A stretch of 64,000 nucleotides of DNA from Candidatus Aminicenantales bacterium (GCA_049515535.1 JBEKTZ010000009.1:1-64000), one strand, 5' to 3'; shown: positions 1-13,277, numbered from the stretch's first letter. Notes: generated by a model not told the origin, from the sequence alone. A program made the numbers and translations.

Positions 1-395
<395 letters not shown>

Positions 396-433
396 CCCTT
401 ACCTCCTTTGGTTTCGGCGTCTTATGTCAACCA

Positions 434-506
<73 letters not shown>

Positions 507-528
507 GTCTCACAATAAATCCAATATA

Positions 529-601
529 AGCGGGAAACGGGATTCGAACCCGCGACAGACGGCTTGGAAGGCCGCCGCTCTACCAACTGAGCTATTCCCG
601 C
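529..601 (-). tRNA. tRNA-Gly(TCC)
   Basis: GCGGGAATAGCTCAGTTGGTAGAGC...CTTCCAA anticodon loop...GGTTCGAATCCC. Confidence 0.95.
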
Positions 602-607
602 ATCCGG

Positions 608-690
608 TGGGCAGGGAAGGATTCGAACCTCCGAAGCGTCTCCGCAGCGGGTTTACAGCCCGCCCCATTTAGCCACTTTGGTACCTGCCC
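608..690 (-). tRNA. tRNA-Tyr(GTA)
   Basis: GGGCAGGTACCAAAGTGGCTAAATGGG...CTGTAAA loop, long variable arm, GGTTCGAATCC. Confidence 0.95.
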
Positions 691-723
691 GAATTTATTC
701 ATGGAACCGTGGCAGCTCACCTA

Positions 724-796
724 AGCCAGCGAGAGGATTTGAACCCCCGACCCGCTGATTACAAATCAGCCGCTCTACCAACTGAGCTACGCTGGC
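724..796 (-). tRNA. tRNA-Thr(TGT)
   Basis: GCCAGCGTAGCTCAGTTGGTAGAGC...TTTGTAA loop...GGTTCAAATCC. Confidence 0.95.
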
Positions 797-947
797 ACAT
801 CTCCGTTCGCAAAAAATAAAAAGACGACCCTTCAGGAAGAGAAGCGCTCGAGAAAAGTTTATTGTTAAGAAACTTTTTCTCTACAACCTATTAATTTTAA
901 ATGTGTAACAGCTCAACCAGACAAAAAAATATGAAGCGGCACGAAAT

Positions 948-976
948 ATGCTACAGAAATCCGGAATATTTGTCAA
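948..976 (-). promoter_or_regulatory. Putative sigma70 promoter of the tRNA-tuf operon
   Basis: TTGACA-17 bp-TAGCAT on the minus strand upstream of tRNA-Thr(TGT). Confidence 0.6.
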
Positions 977-1044
977 GAAAATAGTTGATCATTCGCAGAT
1001 ATCGTCTTCACCCGCCGGCTCGATAAAAAACGCCCGGTTTTTCG

Positions 1045-1557
1045 CTATTTTTTAATCGGCGGAGAGGGAAGGTTGTTGTGCATCCCGCTCCGGGTCAAGC
1101 TCTGCTCCAGCATCCGGTAGAATTCGATCTCGAAAATGACGTATTTCCCCCGCTGGACCGTCGTCAGATTGGCTTCGAGGAAAGCTTCGAGCTCATCGTC
1201 CTTCTGCCGGATGAGACGCTGAGCGTCTTTGACGTTCTTGGTCTTGGCCGCGATCTCGGTTTCTTTCGGGGCCGGGTCCGCGATGAGCTGGCGCAGACTC
1301 TGGATATCGGCCGTCATATCCCGCTGGATGTTCAGTTTTTCCTTTTCGACCCTGTTGACCGTCGGAAAAATTTTGGCCGCCTGTTCTTCGTTCAGGTCTA
1401 AAGCCTTGGTCAGCCGGAGAAGCCTCAACGTGGCCAGGTTCTCGCGCACGGTCTGACGGTTTTGCGCTCCGTTCCCCTGGTTCCGCCCCTGGCCGAACGC
1501 CGCGACGCCGCAGAAAACGAGAAAAGCCAAAATCAGGCTGATGCGTTTTTTCGTCAT
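1045..1557 (-). CDS. Exported helical protein, Spy/CpxP-like
   Basis: Signal peptide and LDLNEEQ motif; third gene of the ECF sigma/anti-sigma operon. Confidence 0.6.
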   Translation of the reverse strand: MTKKRISLILAFLVFCGVAAFGQGRNQGNGAQNRQTVRENLATLRLLRLTKALDLNEEQAAKIFPTVNRVEKEKLNIQRDMTADIQSLRQLIADPAPKETEIAAKTKNVKDAQRLIRQKDDELEAFLEANLTTVQRGKYVIFEIEFYRMLEQSLTRSGMHNNLPSPPIKK

Positions 1558-1566
1558 GCTCCCCTC

Positions 1567-2193
1567 CTAAATCTTGATCTTTAATTCGCTCTTCAAATGC
1601 GAATCCAGAAGATTGATTTCTTCATCGGACAAGCTCTCGATGAAAAAGGAATTGCCGTAGAGCAGATGCTTGATTTCGACGGCGGATTCGTCGGCATGCT
1701 CGCTGATCGAAGCCTGGAGCATGGAGTTGAATTCATTTTCCAGGTCGGAGTTGTCGCCGATCGTCTCGTAAAGGCCGTTCACGGTTTCTTCGAACGTGAA
1801 ATGATAGATCTCCAAGGGCGTCTTGACGGCGAAGATCATGAAATACAGCCCGACGGCTACGGCCAGAACGGAAGCGGCGCCGGCCCACGCCCAGCGCATG
1901 GCGGGGAAAAACGCGGGCGCCTGGCGGGGACGGAGGTTGAACTCTTTTTGTTTTGCGGATGGCGCGGCTTCGAGGTTCGCCTTGAGCCGGTCGATCGAGG
2001 TTCGCCAGAATTCCGGAGAAAGGGCGGGCGCGGAAAGGGTTTTCGCGCCTTCATCGATTTTTCCGAGGCGAAGTCGATAGGCGCGGCAAGCGGCGCACTT
2101 CGTCAGATGAGCGGCGAGGGCCTCTTGTTTCTTGGGAGAAAGATTCCCGTCGATCTCGTCCGAAATCCATTTTTCCGTCTTTTTACATCTCAT
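1567..2193 (-). CDS. Zinc-finger (zf-HC2) transmembrane anti-sigma factor
   Basis: C...HLTKCAAC (HxxxCxxC) motif, one TM segment, overlaps the sigma gene. Confidence 0.85.
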   Translation of the reverse strand: MRCKKTEKWISDEIDGNLSPKKQEALAAHLTKCAACRAYRLRLGKIDEGAKTLSAPALSPEFWRTSIDRLKANLEAAPSAKQKEFNLRPRQAPAFFPAMRWAWAGAASVLAVAVGLYFMIFAVKTPLEIYHFTFEETVNGLYETIGDNSDLENEFNSMLQASISEHADESAVEIKHLLYGNSFFIESLSDEEINLLDSHLKSELKIKI

Positions 2194-2788
2194 GACGTTC
2201 CCCTTCCAGATAAGGCTGGAGCCTGGCCTGGAGCATTTTCCGGGCCTTGTGCATTCTCCAGGAGACCGTGTTCTCGGAGCAGCCGAGGAGCTCGGCCGCC
2301 CGGCCGTGCGACATCCCCTGGAAGACGACCAAATTGAAGGCCGTCCGGTATGTCAAAGGAAGCCTCTCGATGGCTTCCTCGAGCTTTTCTTTGAGCTCGT
2401 TCTTGAGCGAATCGCCTTCAGGCGACAAGGCCGCATATTCGGCCCTGTCGAAAATACGGGCGTTATCCTCAAAATCCTCGTGGCCTTTTTCCCGGCCTTT
2501 TTTCTTCAAGAAATTCAGCGTCAGGTTGATGGCGATACGATAAACCCAAGTATAGAAGCTCGATTTCTGTTTGAAGGTGCGGAGGGCTCTATACGCGTAC
2601 ATGAACGTTTCCTGGGTCAAGTCGTTGGCATCCTCATGGTTGCGTGTCATCCCGAAAATCGTATGGTAGATCTTCTCCTGCACTCGTCGGGCCAGCTCCG
2701 CATAAGCCTCGATCCGTCCGGATTTCGCTTCCTCGACCAGGACGTTGTCGGTCGGTGGCTGCCTTTTCTCATTCATAGAATTAGACAA
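2183..2788 (-). CDS. ECF RNA polymerase sigma factor (alternative start ATG 2776)
   Basis: DLTQETF, SSFYTWVYRIAIN, and region 4 LGCSENTVSWRMHKARK. Confidence 0.92.
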   Translation of the reverse strand: MSNSMNEKRQPPTDNVLVEEAKSGRIEAYAELARRVQEKIYHTIFGMTRNHEDANDLTQETFMYAYRALRTFKQKSSFYTWVYRIAINLTLNFLKKKGREKGHEDFEDNARIFDRAEYAALSPEGDSLKNELKEKLEEAIERLPLTYRTAFNLVVFQGMSHGRAAELLGCSENTVSWRMHKARKMLQARLQPYLEGERHEM

Positions 2789-2905
2789 GGATTATACCAA
2801 TTCCTTGGGACGAAGCCCATGTTTTCTCCTCCTTTTTTGGTTGACCGGCCTTTTGTTTGCTGCTATGATTTGATTTACCTCATTATATAAAGGATCGTCT
2901 CTCCC

Positions 2906-4207
2906 ATGATCGAACGATACACCAATCCCGAAATGGGCGCGGTCTGGACCGAAGGCAACAAATACCGCAGATGGCTGGACGTCGAGATCGCCGTCTGCGA
3001 GGCCTGGGCCAGGCTGGGCAAGATCCCGACCCCGGCCTTGAAGCGGATCAAAGCGAAGGCGGGCTTCGAGGTCAAACGCATCGAGGAAATCGAGAAGGTC
3101 GTCAAGCACGACATCATCGCCTTTCTCTCCTCCGTGGCGGAAAAAGTCGGCAAGGACAGCCGTTTCATCCACCTCGGGTTGACCTCCTACGACGTCGTCG
3201 ACACGGCGTTGTCGATGCTCCTCCTCGAATCGCTCGACCTCGTCCGCCGGCGCCTCGTCGAGCTTAAAAAAGTCCTCAAGAAAGAAGCGCTCAAGCACAA
3301 GAAAACGATCTGCATGGGCCGGACGCACGGCATCCACGCCGAACCGGTCACGTTCGGGTTCAAACTGCTCGTCTGGTACGAGGAAATCAAACGTCACCTC
3401 GGCCGCCTGGATCGGGCGATCGACGTCATCAGCGTCGGCCGTATTTCCGGCTCGGTCGGAACGTATATCCATCTTGATCCGCGGGTTGAAGTGAGCGCTT
3501 TGAAAAAGCTCGGCCTCGGGCCCGCGCCCGTCTCGACCCAGGTCCTCCAGCGCGACCGCCATGCCGAGGTCATGAGCGTCCTGGCCCTCATCGCCACGAC
3601 GCTCGAAAAGATCTCCATCGAGATCCGCCATCTGCAGAGAAGCGAGGTCTTCGAGCTCGAAGAACCGTTCACCAAGGGCCAGAAAGGCTCATCCTCGATG
3701 CCGCACAAGAAGAACCCGGTCCGCTGCGAGCGGATCTCGGGGCTGGCCCGGATCGTCCGCGGCAATCTCCAGATCGCCCTCGAAAACATCCCGCTTTGGC
3801 ATGAGCGCGACATCTCCCATTCCTCCGCCGAGCGCGTGATTTTTCCCGATTCTTTCATCCTGACGGACTTCATGCTGACCGAAGCCATCGACATCATCAA
3901 GAACTGGAAAGTCCGTCCGGACAACATGAAACGCAACATTCAGGCCACGCGCGGTCTCATCTTTTCGCAGCGCGTCCTCCTGGCCTTGACCCAGAAGGGC
4001 CTGCTCCGCGACGACGCATATCCCCTCGTCCAGAAAAACAGTCTCAAGGCCTGGGACGAAAATCTCGATTTCAAGGCCCTGATCCTGACCGACCCGGACA
4101 TCCGGAAGCGCCTGAACGCCGAAGAGATCGAAGCCTGCTTCTCCCTCAAGCCATATCTGGAAAAGATCGATTATATATTCGAAAGGGTTCTCGGCCATGA
4201 AAGTTAG
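2906..4207 (+). CDS. purB: Adenylosuccinate lyase
   Basis: MIERY start, GRTHGIHAEP, signature SSSMPHKKNP. Confidence 0.97.
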   Translation: MIERYTNPEMGAVWTEGNKYRRWLDVEIAVCEAWARLGKIPTPALKRIKAKAGFEVKRIEEIEKVVKHDIIAFLSSVAEKVGKDSRFIHLGLTSYDVVDTALSMLLLESLDLVRRRLVELKKVLKKEALKHKKTICMGRTHGIHAEPVTFGFKLLVWYEEIKRHLGRLDRAIDVISVGRISGSVGTYIHLDPRVEVSALKKLGLGPAPVSTQVLQRDRHAEVMSVLALIATTLEKISIEIRHLQRSEVFELEEPFTKGQKGSSSMPHKKNPVRCERISGLARIVRGNLQIALENIPLWHERDISHSSAERVIFPDSFILTDFMLTEAIDIIKNWKVRPDNMKRNIQATRGLIFSQRVLLALTQKGLLRDDAYPLVQKNSLKAWDENLDFKALILTDPDIRKRLNAEEIEACFSLKPYLEKIDYIFERVLGHES

Positions 4208-4442
4208 AATCCTCGTCTCCTTTAAAGACAGCGTCCTCGACCCTCAGGGACAGACCGTGAAAAACGCGCTCCACACCCTCGGTTATGGTTTTATCCGCGA
4301 TGTCCGGCAGGGCAAGGTCTTCGAGATCGATCTCGCCGGCCCCGGACGGACGGAAGTCGAGAAGCTCATCCCGGAGATCTCGGACAGGGTTCTGGCCAAT
4401 CCCATTATCGAAAAATTCACCTGGCAGATCATCGAGGACTGA
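4197..4442 (+). CDS. purS: FGAM synthase subunit PurS
   Basis: VLDPQG...VRQGK...LANPIIE. Confidence 0.95.
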   Translation: MKVRILVSFKDSVLDPQGQTVKNALHTLGYGFIRDVRQGKVFEIDLAGPGRTEVEKLIPEISDRVLANPIIEKFTWQIIED

Positions 4443-4443
4443 C

Positions 4444-5130
4444 GTGAAATTCGGAGTCGTCGTTTTTCCGGGATCCAATTGCGATTTCGACGCGCTTTAC
4501 GCGCTGAAGGACGTTCTCCGCCAGCCGACGACCTTCCTCTGGCACAAAGATCACGACTTGCAAGGGGTGGACGGCGTCGTGCTGCCCGGAGGATTTTCCT
4601 ACGGCGATTACCTGAGGTCGGGCGCCATCGCCAGTTTTTCCCCTCTTATGCAGGAGGTGCGCGAGTTCGCCGATAAGGGCGGCCTCGTCCTCGGCATCTG
4701 CAACGGGTTTCAAGTCCTTCTCGAGCTCGGACTTCTGCCCGGGGCCATGCTCCGCAACAAGAACCTCAAATTCCTCTGCGAGTTCGTCACGATCCGCATC
4801 GAGAACGAGACGACGCGTTTCACGCATAAAGGACGGAAAGGACAGGTGCTGCGCATCCCCATCGCCCATTTCGACGGCAATTACTACGCCTCGCCGGAAA
4901 CGTTGAAAGCCCTCGAAGGGAACGGCCAGATCGTCTTTCGATATTCGGACCCTGACGGCCGGCTGACGGAGGAATCCAACGTCAACGGATCGCTCCACGG
5001 CATCGCCGGCCTGATGAACAAGGCCGGGAACGTCATGGGCATGATGCCCCATCCGGAACGCGCCTCGGAGCGGCTCCTCGGCAGCGAGGATGGTCGCCTG
5101 ATCTTCGAATCAATGATATCGAAATTGTGA
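4444..5130 (+). CDS. purQ: FGAM synthase glutaminase subunit PurQ (GTG start at 4444)
   Basis: [34 protein letters not shown]. Confidence 0.96.
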   Translation: MKFGVVVFPGSNCDFDALYALKDVLRQPTTFLWHKDHDLQGVDGVVLPGGFSYGDYLRSGAIASFSPLMQEVREFADKGGLVLGICNGFQVLLELGLLPGAMLRNKNLKFLCEFVTIRIENETTRFTHKGRKGQVLRIPIAHFDGNYYASPETLKALEGNGQIVFRYSDPDGRLTEESNVNGSLHGIAGLMNKAGNVMGMMPHPERASERLLGSEDGRLIFESMISKL

Positions 5131-5215
5131 AAGCCCGCGGATTCCCCCTCGACGGTCCTTTGGAATAAGGGGAAGGGCGAAAGAAATCGGGCTTACGCAG
5201 GACGAGATAAAAGAC

Positions 5216-7426
<2,211 letters not shown>

Positions 7427-7444
7427 AATTCAAAGGAAGGCGCC

Positions 7445-8083
7445 ATGTCCGAAGAGATTTTCGTCAGTCCTAGAAAACGCGGACGCATCCTGGTCCTCCT
7501 CTCGGGTCGAGGATCGAACTTCATGAAGATCCACGACGCGATTCTGGCCGGCCGGATCGACGCGGACATCGCCCTCGTCTTCAGCAACAAGGAAGAGGCC
7601 CCGGGCCTCCAGATCGCGAAAGAGCGCGGGCTTGAGACCCTCTATCTCAATCCCAAGCTTTATGCCGAGAAGGAGGAGTACGACCGCGAGATCGTCCGCG
7701 AGGCCCGGAAGAGGAGCGTGGACCTCATCTGCCTCGCCGGCTATATGAAACTCCTGACGCCGGCGTTCTGCGTCGAATTCAAGAACAGGATCATGAATAT
7801 CCATCCGGCGCTGCTGCCCTCGTTCCCGGGCCTTCACGTCCAGCAGAAGGCGATCGAGTGGGGCGTGCGGTTTTCCGGCTGCACGGTCCATTTCGTCGCT
7901 GTGGAAGTCGACATGGGCCCTATCGTCCTCCAGGCCGCCGTCCCCGTTCTCCAGGAAGATACCGAGGAAACGTTGAGCGCGCGCATCCTCGTCGAGGAAC
8001 ACAAGATCTATCCCAAAGCCGTCCGGCTGTTTTTCGAAGGGAAAATCGAGGTCCGCGGCCGCCGCGTGTTCATCAGGGAATGA
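7445..8083 (+). CDS. purN: Phosphoribosylglycinamide formyltransferase
   Basis: SGRGSN, LAGYM, NIHPALLPSFPG, GCTVHFV. Confidence 0.96.
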   Translation: MSEEIFVSPRKRGRILVLLSGRGSNFMKIHDAILAGRIDADIALVFSNKEEAPGLQIAKERGLETLYLNPKLYAEKEEYDREIVREARKRSVDLICLAGYMKLLTPAFCVEFKNRIMNIHPALLPSFPGLHVQQKAIEWGVRFSGCTVHFVAVEVDMGPIVLQAAVPVLQEDTEETLSARILVEEHKIYPKAVRLFFEGKIEVRGRRVFIRE

Positions 8084-8195
8084 TCCGGGATCGCCAAGAA
8101 AAGGCCCGGCTTGATCCCCTCTCGTCACCGGAGCGATTTCTTCAAAAAAATCCGGATCCCCGGCTGTTCTCTATTTCTTCTCAGGCCTTGGGTTA

Positions 8196-8225
8196 TTGAC
8201 AGCGCTGTCCGGCAGGCGATATAGT
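8196..8225 (+). promoter_or_regulatory. Putative sigma70 promoter of the R-M gene
   Basis: TTGACA-18 bp-TATAGT. Confidence 0.5.
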
Positions 8226-8293
8226 TCCGGCATGGAAAAGAGGGGGAAATTCATAATCCGGCGACGCCGATTACGAGCAAGATGGAATAAAGA

Positions 8294-11200
8294 ATGTCTG
8301 AAAACCTGATAGAGCGTTACTTGTCCGATATGGGGGAAATCCGTAGGACAGGGGCCAACGTAGCGGAGACTTCGTTCTATCCGGCGTTGGAACGGCTGCT
8401 TTCGGACATCGGGAAGACCCTTTCGCCCAAGGTCCGCTGCGTCATCAATCTTGCAAACCGTGGCGCGGGACTCCCGGACGGCGGCCTTTTCTCGGCCGAT
8501 CAATTCCGCCGCAAAACAGGCGACGAAAACGACAAGGAGAATCCGTTTCTGGTTCAGAACCCGTCGCGCGGCGTGATCGAAGCTAAGTCTCCCGCGGAAG
8601 ACGTCCGTCGGATTTCCGAGACCGAGCAGGTGGAGCGATACTGGAAGCGGTATGGCCTGGTGCTCGTAACCAACTTCCGCGCCTTCGCCGTCGTCGGCCA
8701 AGGCCCGACAGGAAAACCGTGCGTTCTGGAATCCTTCGCTCTGGCCGAATCCGAGAGCGAATTCTGGCGCCTGACCGCTCATCCTCGCTCGACCGCGGCG
8801 GAGCACGGCGAACGCATGTTGGAGTATCTGAAGCGAGTGCTTCTGCTCAACGCACCGCTGGCCGCTCCCCAGGACGTTGCCGGAATTCTCGCCTCCTATG
8901 CGCATGACGCACGACTCCGTATCGAAAAACTGGACCTTCCAGCCCTGATGACCCTACGGCAAGCCCTCGAAGAAGCCCTCGGCCTGCGGTTCGAGGGCGA
9001 CAAGGGCGAGCATTTCTTCCGATCAACGCTCATTCAAACCCTCTTCTATGGCGTCTTCTCGGCTTGGGTCTTGTGGGCGCGGCGACACGACGCCATACCC
9101 GATAAAAAAACCGGATTTGCCGACGCCATCCGCGATTCCGCGGCGCCGTACGCCGTTGCCGGCGGCTTCGACTGGCGCTCCGCCCACTATCTATTACGCG
9201 TGCCCATGCTCCGCGCCCTATTCGTTCAAGTCGCCGATCCCGCCCGTCTCGGAGCGTTGGGTCTGATCGAAGTCCTCGATTGGGCCGCCGCCACCCTCAA
9301 TCGTGTGAATCGCGCCGATTTCTTCAAGTCCTTCGACGAAGGGCATGCCATCCAATATTTCTATGAGCCCTTCTTGCAAGCCTTCGATCCCGAACTCCGC
9401 AAGGAGCTCGGCGTCTGGTACACCCCCGAGGAGATCGTCCGCTATCAGGTTGAACGCGTGGATTCCGTCCTCCGTTCGGAACTCGGTTTGGCCGACGGCC
9501 TGGCCGATCCGAAAGTGATCGTCCTCGATCCCTGCTGCGGCACCGGCACTTACCTTCGGGCCGTCCTCCGCCGCATCGCCGCCACCCTGCATGACAAGGG
9601 CGGCGACGCCCTGGTCGCGAACGATCTCAAGAAAGCCGCCATGGAGCGCGTCTTCGGCTTCGAGATATTGCCCGCGCCATTCGTCATTTCGCATCTCCAA
9701 CTCGGACTGGAACTCGAAACTCTCGGCGCCCCGTTGAGCGACCGCAGCGAGCCGCCCGAGCGCGCTGGGGTCTATCTGACCAACGCCCTCACCGGTTGGG
9801 AGCCGCCTAAAGAAGTCCAGAAAAAAATCGCCTTCCCCGGTTTCGACGAAGAACGCGACGCCGCCGGTAACGTGAAGCAGGAAAAGCCCATCCTCGTCAT
9901 CCTCGGCAACCCACCTTACAACGCCTTTGCCGGCGTCAGTCCCGAAGAAGAGCAAGGCCTTGTCGAACCGTACAAGAAAGGCCTCATTTCCGAGTGGGGC
10001 ATCAAAAAGTTCAACCTCGATGACCTCTACATCCGTTTCTTCCGCCTCGCCGAAAAGCGCATCGCCGAACACGGCGGCCGGGGCGTCGTATCGTTTATTT
10101 CGAACCACTCCTGGGTCAGCGATCCGTCCTTCGTCGTTCTGCGGCAGCATTTGCTCGATTCCTTCGACCGATTTTGGATCGAGAACATGCACGGCAACCG
10201 GAAAATTTCGGAATATGCGCCGGATGGCCGCACCAGTGAAACCATTTTCGCTACCTCAGGATTCTCAGTTGGCATCCAACAAGGCGTTGCCATCTCGTTG
10301 TGGGTAAAACACCCCAAGCGCAAAGGCGATCCGATTGTCCGCTTCCGCGATGATCTCAACGACGCCAAAGCGGGCGAGCGCCGGGCGCATCTCCTCGCAA
10401 ACCTTGAAGACAAGCGCTTCGACGCACAGTACAAAACCTCCAATCCCCGGAAAGACAATCGTTGGAGTTTCCGGCCATCGGATGTGACAAGCGCATATCT
10501 AAAATGGCCGAAGGTAACGGAGCTTTGTGCTCTGCCGCCATACAATGGACCTATCGAGCGGCGCGGCAATTCCCTGATTGTCTTCCCGGACGAGCGGGGG
10601 CGACTGATGCGTGTAGCGGAATATCTTAATCCATCTGTGTCAGACGATGAAATCAGAAATCTTGTGCCCGAGTTCATGAACTCTTCTGGCGAGTTCAATG
10701 CGGTAAAGACCCGCATACAACTCAAGGGCGGAAGATTTAACGCGAACAACATCGTCAGTTATCCATTCAAACCTTTCGATATACGCAACGCATACCTTGA
10801 CCCCAATATTGCGCCTTTGTTCTCTCGTCCTGCGCCACAACTGTTAAAACAGCGGTTCTCAGGCAATCGTTTTTTTATCACCCGTGACACCGCCGATAAA
10901 GACCCGGAAGGCCCCCCCTTTTTCTTTTCCCCAGTTGTTTGCGATTACGACTGCATTTCCGGCCATGCGCGCCATTTTCCGATTCGACTCAAAACAAGGC
11001 CGAACCGCCGGGCAAGTCGAGGTTCGCTTGAAGATCGCGACTTACCCGGCGCGGAAAATGGCGCAGAGAAGATCGCCGCTAATATTTCCCCTTCCGCTCG
11101 TGTTTATCTGGCGTCACTCGGATTATCCAACCCGGACACCGATCAGAAGACCGCCGAACTGATCTGGTATCACGCGTTGGCCATCGGCTATTCGCCCGCG

Positions 11201-11785
11201 TATCTCACCAAGAATGCGGACGGAATTCGGCAGGACTGGCCGAGGATTCCGCTTCCGAAGGAAAAGGATTTGCTGCGCGCCTCCGCGGCTATTGGGCGGC
11301 AGGTGGTGGCTTTGCTGGACACGGAAGCGCCGATTTCCGGTGTGACCGCTGGAAAGATTCGTGATGACCTCAAAACTATCGCCGTTTTTCAGCACGTGGA
11401 TGGGAAACCGGCGAAACCCGAGTCCGGGGATCTTGACTTAACCGCCGGTTGGGGCCACGGCGGCAAGGGCGGCGTCACAATGCCGGGCAAAGGGAAAATC
11501 ATTCGCCGGGATGACAGAGCCTACGACATCTTCCTCAACGCCGTCTCGTGCTGGCGAAACGTGCCCGAGGCGGTGTGGGATTACACGATTGGCGGCTATC
11601 AAATCATCAAGAAGTGGTTGTCATACCGCGAAAAGCCGCTGCTTGGCCGCGGTCTAACCTCTGACGAAGTCCGCTACGTGACCGAAATCGCGCGCCGCCT
11701 GGCGGGACTGGTTTCTTTGGAGCCAGCCTTGGACGACAACTACCGGAAAGTCATCAAAGCAACATACTCCTGGCCCAAGAAATGA
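8294..11785 (+). CDS. Single-chain restriction-modification enzyme (Type IIG/IIL-like: nuclease + N6-adenine MTase + Type ISP-like C-terminal specificity domain)
   Basis: N-terminal PD...EAK nuclease-like motif, YFYEPFL..F, GVWYTP, LDPCCGTGTY (SAM binding), GNPPY (catalytic), C-terminal IGGYQIIKKWLSYR; no helicase motifs. Confidence 0.88.
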   Translation: MSENLIERYLSDMGEIRRTGANVAETSFYPALERLLSDIGKTLSPKVRCVINLANRGAGLPDGGLFSADQFRRKTGDENDKENPFLVQNPSRGVIEAKSPAEDVRRISETEQVERYWKRYGLVLVTNFRAFAVVGQGPTGKPCVLESFALAESESEFWRLTAHPRSTAAEHGERMLEYLKRVLLLNAPLAAPQDVAGILASYAHDARLRIEKLDLPALMTLRQALEEALGLRFEGDKGEHFFRSTLIQTLFYGVFSAWVLWARRHDAIPDKKTGFADAIRDSAAPYAVAGGFDWRSAHYLLRVPMLRALFVQVADPARLGALGLIEVLDWAAATLNRVNRADFFKSFDEGHAIQYFYEPFLQAFDPELRKELGVWYTPEEIVRYQVERVDSVLRSELGLADGLADPKVIVLDPCCGTGTYLRAVLRRIAATLHDKGGDALVANDLKKAAMERVFGFEILPAPFVISHLQLGLELETLGAPLSDRSEPPERAGVYLTNALTGWEPPKEVQKKIAFPGFDEERDAAGNVKQEKPILVILGNPPYNAFAGVSPEEEQGLVEPYKKGLISEWGIKKFNLDDLYIRFFRLAEKRIAEHGGRGVVSFISNHSWVSDPSFVVLRQHLLDSFDRFWIENMHGNRKISEYAPDGRTSETIFATSGFSVGIQQGVAISLWVKHPKRKGDPIVRFRDDLNDAKAGERRAHLLANLEDKRFDAQYKTSNPRKDNRWSFRPSDVTSAYLKWPKVTELCALPPYNGPIERRGNSLIVFPDERGRLMRVAEYLNPSVSDDEIRNLVPEFMNSSGEFNAVKTRIQLKGGRFNANNIVSYPFKPFDIRNAYLDPNIAPLFSRPAPQLLKQRFSGNRFFITRDTADKDPEGPPFFFSPVVCDYDCISGHARHFPIRLKTRPNRRASRGSLEDRDLPGAENGAEKIAANISPSARVYLASLGLSNPDTDQKTAELIWYHALAIGYSPAYLTKNADGIRQDWPRIPLPKEKDLLRASAAIGRQVVALLDTEAPISGVTAGKIRDDLKTIAVFQHVDGKPAKPESGDLDLTAGWGHGGKGGVTMPGKGKIIRRDDRAYDIFLNAVSCWRNVPEAVWDYTIGGYQIIKKWLSYREKPLLGRGLTSDEVRYVTEIARRLAGLVSLEPALDDNYRKVIKATYSWPKK

Positions 11786-11855
11786 TCATGGCGATCATTT
11801 AACAAAGCCTCATGTTCTGAGTACCATATAATACAACGATGACAGGAAATAGATT

Positions 11856-12074
11856 ATGACTATAGCAATATCCGTAAGGCTCCCCAAGGAACTCGTCAAA
11901 CAATTGGACGGCGTCGCCGAGGAAACGGAACGGCCGTGGTCTTTCATTATCCAGAAAGCGCTGGAATCCTATATCGCGGATATCGCCGATCTCAAGGTTG
12001 CTCTCGACCGGCTCCACGACAAGACCGATTCTCTCATTTCGAGTAAGGAACTGAGGAAGTCCCTTGGCTTATAA
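11856..12074 (+). CDS. Ribbon-helix-helix antitoxin (RelB/CopG-like)
   Basis: ISVRLP...LDGVAEETERP.SFII.KALE RHH pattern; overlaps a RelE-like start. Confidence 0.8.
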   Translation: MTIAISVRLPKELVKQLDGVAEETERPWSFIIQKALESYIADIADLKVALDRLHDKTDSLISSKELRKSLGL

Positions 12075-12141
12075 TGTCGTTTATAAAAAGTCTGTCCATC
12101 GCGATTTGAAGAAGCTTTCCAAAAGGGACGCCGGCCGTATG
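12064..12141 (+). pseudogene. RelE/ParE-family toxin truncated after about 26 codons by an IS91-type end
   Basis: MAYNVVYKKSVHRDLKKL is a RelE-like N-terminus; the frame then runs into the repeat starting at 12142. Confidence 0.75.
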
Positions 12142-12263
12142 GAGTGTAAGGATTTGCTTTTTCGCTCTGCACGACTCACGCTCCCATTAAGCGGGGAATC
12201 GACGCTCCCCATCACGAAAAAGAGGATAATCCCGGACGCGGATCGAGTCAAGAACAAGAAATT
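12142..12263 (-). repeat. IS91-type end/promoter module, variant A copy 1
   Basis: Near-identical to 14903-15014 and 18514-18622; TTGACT-17-TATCCT (12251-12223); ends ...AAAGCAAATCCTTACACTC. Confidence 0.85.
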
Positions 12264-12382
12264 GGTCATGATCAAATAGTTTATTCCCAATGATCGGCCG
12301 TTTTTTCCCTTTGATTTTATCTAGCTCTTTTAAAATGTATCGCGGTAACTACACATAAAGGACTTCGGAGAAAGATATTGCA

Positions 12383-12411
12383 TTGACATTGCACAGCAGT
12401 TCTTTTATATT
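12383..12411 (+). promoter_or_regulatory. Putative promoter of the AT-rich operon
   Basis: TTGACA-17 bp-TATATT. Confidence 0.5.
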
Positions 12412-12450
12412 TTTGAAATTCTCGATGACTTGAGTTCTGGGGGAAATTAG

Positions 12451-13248
12451 ATGAAAAAGAATTCAGAACCAACTCATATGTGGGAAACAATCCTATTGAT
12501 AATTGCATATGCAGCATCAATTCTTTTATTATTCTATTTTAAGGTCTTATCGGGCAATAATCTTGTTTTGACTTTCACAACGGCATTTGGGTGGCTGGTT
12601 GCCTTGTTAATCGCAATCATAAACTTAAATAGGGCGCGAAAAGATAACAAGAAAGCAAAAGACTATGAGACTAAAAAAAGATTGGAAATTGATGCTTTCA
12701 AAGAGATCAATGGAACGATAAACGTTCTATCTGATAAACTAACAAATTTGAGCACGTTCTTCCTCGCCACCTTGCCAAATCATCTCAAGAACCACCTTGA
12801 GAACCCAACATTGTTTAAATACGATCCTATAAAAAGAGATTTAGAAAGAGAAGCATTGCGTGTTGGCTTATACGAAGGGATGACTATATTCTTATTGACT
12901 ATTGAAGCCAACGAAATCGCAGTAATCGATTTCGATTATTTAAGGAAATATATAGGCATCCAAATGGAAGATCTTCACAAACTGCTAGATGAGTTTAATA
13001 CCTATTCATCAAAGCTATTCGACCTAACATATATAAAACAGCCACAATCATATTTGGAACTTAAGGATAAGTGTAATAAGATATGGAACTTCATCCTTCT
13101 TATAGAAGGCTACCTTTTTGATTATAGAATCATATTAATGAACTCAATTTTATCAGATATTTTTGCCAGGTCTGTCCCACCTCGAAAACCTAGAGACCCC
13201 AATATCAAAACATTAAAAGAGGTTGCCATCAAGGAAGAACCGGAATAA
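12451..13248 (+). CDS. Hypothetical membrane protein (two N-terminal TM helices + helical domain), AT-rich
   Basis: 265-aa ORF in low-GC DNA; no family recognised. Confidence 0.7.
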   Translation: MKKNSEPTHMWETILLIIAYAASILLLFYFKVLSGNNLVLTFTTAFGWLVALLIAIINLNRARKDNKKAKDYETKKRLEIDAFKEINGTINVLSDKLTNLSTFFLATLPNHLKNHLENPTLFKYDPIKRDLEREALRVGLYEGMTIFLLTIEANEIAVIDFDYLRKYIGIQMEDLHKLLDEFNTYSSKLFDLTYIKQPQSYLELKDKCNKIWNFILLIEGYLFDYRIILMNSILSDIFARSVPPRKPRDPNIKTLKEVAIKEEPE

Positions 13249-13277
13249 AATATTTAATCTTTATTAGGGGGTTATCT

